NCBI RefSeq assembly: GCF_001194135.2
Contig: NC_068989.1
Coordinates: forward strand, 947,057 to 1,011,056
Direction of reading: 5' to 3'
Length of the DNA: 64,000 nucleotides
Source: Octopus bimaculoides
Taxonomy: Eukaryota
The position numbers were made by a program, and so were the translations under genes. Positions 61,350-64,000 of this stretch are shown one piece after another. The number at the start of each line of letters is the position of its first letter. Position 1 is the stretch's first letter. The notes beneath the pieces were generated by a model. That model saw nothing but the letters and a program-made list of their open reading frames with translations. It searched no databases and was not told the origin of the DNA.

Positions 61350-63172
61350 GTGTTTATGATAAACTTTATGAACACATGTTCAGACCTACATTCGTGTACT
61401 GCTTCCATATGTAGAACAGTTCTGCTGCTACACAGACACACAACCGTTCTAGAGAAGAAATTCAGGATTCTCTTCCTAGCAGACGTTCAACCACACCAGC
61501 ACAGCACTCTAACACTACTACAACCGTCTCTGTTCCTTTGAACTGAGGAATTGTAGCGCCAACCTTTTTCTCCTGGTCTCAGATCTTGCATTAAACGCTC
61601 CACCAGTCACTTTTCTTGGAACTGCACATCCTTGCTTATTGCCTCGCACTTTACTTCCGTTTCCACCACCCACCCCTTTACACATTGACAAAAAAGAAAA
61701 AGAAAATTCAAGCTGAGCCCATGTCGAATCACTGTGGGTGTGTTTAGAGCCCTTGCTATCGTTCTGATTTAAGCGAGTCTGTGTGTGTGTGTGTGTGTTG
61801 TCTTTTTTTTTTTTAATTGTTTTGCTCTACGTAAGGTGGTCGATGGAGCCCAGCACGCAGTGAAACCTCAAAAGTTAGCCATCGGGTTCCTTTTGTGGGG
61901 TTCACCAATGTTAAAAGAATTCTTTAAACATGTATTTCTTTCTCTGATGTATTTACACAGTAAATGTACACTTATAAACATAGTTCTGTGATTACAATTC
62001 AATATATGCATTGTTGTATACAAAACATATATTCAACGCACAACCTTTCTCTTCGCTCTGTCGATTCTTCGTTTCCCGCCCTCGTCATCTGCGCCTCTCT
62101 CTCTCTTCCACAAATACACGTTTCTTTTGTATTCTCTTTGAAATACCGAAGACTCTTCCATAACACACTCTTACGACCACCTAGCTTCCTAGTCACACGC
62201 ATAAATATTTATTTTCTCACCCATACACGCTTTTGTCTTTTTTGTTTTACAAACACGTTTTTACACATGATTTATGCAGGAAAATACATTCCCCTGCAAT
62301 CATACACATATCTATGTGGGTGCCATACACACACACATACATGCGTGCATACTACACATGAATACATATATACGTAGATGACACACACTCACACACATAC
62401 ATATATTAGTGGGTGGGTAAAAAAAAAGATGGGGTGGAGATTGCTGTGATAAAATACAGTCGTCAAAATAGAGCATCCATCCATTGGAGAGAGGAGGGGA
62501 GAGAGAGAGCACGTGTGTGTGTGTGTGTGTGTGCTCAGAACGAACACACTACAACACCTCGATTATAAATTGGAGAAGGATTTGAAATAATAAAAATGAT
62601 AAGAATAATGATATAATTTCGAATACAATTCCTGTTTCAATGACAATAATAATGTTGATGTTCATGATGGTAAAGAAGAGAGAAGAAAAGTTGAAGTAGC
62701 AGCATCAAACGCAGCAGGCATGGATCTGGCGTAGTTTCTCTAACAAGGAAGTGTAACGGCATCATTACCATCATCATTACCATCGTTACAACCACCGCCA
62801 CCGCCACCACCACCACCACCATCACCAGCTTCTCCTTCTCCTTCTTCTTCTTCCCCGTCGCCGCTACCGTCACAAGCACCACCAGCAGAATCACCAATTA
62901 CTACCAACAGCAGAGTATCTCCTACAATAGCAGTTACAGGGCAAAGCCCAGTCAGTATCAAACGTGTCATCATTTTGTTCGTTTGTTCGCTCATTCATTC
63001 CTCATTGGAACCGATCGCTACGGTTGGTGGGCAAATTTTGAAAACAAAAAACCTCTACGAGTTGTTTGTGTCACACATACATAAAGGGTCGCAAGGCGAC
63101 AGACCAGAATCCGAAGCAGCTCGGTTGTGTATGTGGGGGGGTTGCTAGGAACGAAACCGGCAACATATCACA
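61350..63172 (+). promoter_or_regulatory. CpG-rich promoter/5' leader region of the M-Ras-like gene
   Basis: CpG frequency is visibly higher than in 24-60 kb; trinucleotide-repeat leader and short uORFs lie before the ATG. TSS unknown. Confidence 0.45.
62760..62885. repeat. Compound trinucleotide repeats (CAT/CCA/CCG/TCT) in the M-Ras leader region
   Basis: Read directly from the sequence. Confidence 0.85.
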
Positions 63173-63356
63173 ATGGTGAAGCCACCTAATGACTCCAGCA
63201 CTTACAAGTTGGTCGTAGTAGGAGAAGGTGGTGTCGGTAAGTCGGCGCTCACTATCCAGTTCTTTCAGAAACTGTTTGTTCAGGATTATGACCCAACAAT
63301 TGAGGATTCGTACATACAACACGAAGATGTTGATGGAATATGGTGTGTTTTGGACG
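63173..63356 (+). CDS. MRAS: M-Ras (R-Ras3)-like small GTPase, first coding exon; rest beyond right edge
   Basis: [38 protein letters not shown] matches the M-Ras-type IQFFQK and W-x-x-LD pattern. In-frame upstream TAG at 63146; phase-1 donor GTAAGT at 63357. Confidence 0.88.
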
Positions 63357-64000
63357 GTAAGTGTCCCACTATGCAACTTCATACCCTTCTCTCTCTCTGT
63401 GTGCTTATTTCTTTCATCTTTTACATTCACACGCGCCTTCCCCCCCCCCTTTATTATCCATTCCACACTCTAAACAGCCTCATTTACTTTCTTTTTCTCT
63501 TCTCTGCATCATGTCACACAAACACATTTTCATTTATTCCTCTTTCTTACTCCTTTTTCATGTCCACACTATCCCTTCTCTCTCTCTCTCTCTCTCATTC
63601 ATATAACATCCACCCACTTTCTTCTTTCCTTTCTCTTTCAACGTTATTCTTTCATTTTCGTTCTCTCCCCTCCCCACCACACTGCTTCCATTTTCCTTCA
63701 CTTGCTCTCGTTGCCACACTCATTCATTTATTCTTTGTCTCTCTTGGATAATCCTTTCCGTTCACATGTGCAGCATGACTATTTTAAAAACACATAAACG
63801 CACCTATCTATACACACACACAGGAAAAATATAGGAATTCTCGAACGAAGAACAACGAGGCCGCTCATAAATCTGTCCACTTGTCTGCGTAGTTCTTTGT
63901 GTCTGTGTGTGTTTATGTATGTATGTTGTATACTACAACCTTAAGTATATTTTTCAACTGTTGGTATTGAAGAGAGCCTATTGATAGAAAGATACAAGTC

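Noticed and set aside
62637-62994. Minus-strand Gly/Glu- and Val-rich ORFs
   Set aside because: They are antisense readings of trinucleotide repeats.
63357-63751. 192-aa Ras ORF continuing past LDG
   Set aside because: Similarity stops at a phase-1 GTAAGT donor at 63357; the rest is CT-rich intron.

Overview
Eukaryotic, AT-rich, intron-rich animal DNA, most likely an octopus or other coleoid cephalopod. This is inferred from the tRNA-derived SINE families, the RTE-type (GAT)n-tailed repeats and the mollusc-like proteins; it was not checked against a database. Three genes can be rebuilt by hand from splice sites and reading-frame phase. (1) FBXL4 on the minus strand: 13 coding exons between 428 and 15474, about 497 codons, with the last exons beyond the left edge. 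(2) An IGF2BP/Imp RNA-binding protein (2 RRM + 4 KH) on the plus strand, 21972..53428. Fifteen exons are visible, and about two RRM2 exons are missing, probably inside the N gap at 41202..41920. (3) The first coding exon of an M-Ras-like GTPase at 63173..63356. FBXL4 and IGF2BP are head to head and appear to share a CpG-rich promoter near 21.0-21.9 kb. The rest is SINEs, CR1/RTE LINE remnants, Tc1/mariner remnants, a Merlin-like MITE, piggyBac-like MITEs, microsatellites and four N gaps. No prokaryotic features (CRISPR, rRNA operon) were seen. I found no clearly new biological system. The best leads are possible routes to RRM1-altered or RRM1-less IGF2BP isoforms (a 45-nt polyQ exon, an internal Met, a GC donor), the bidirectional promoter, the hairpin-forming MITE, and inverted SINE pairs around exons.
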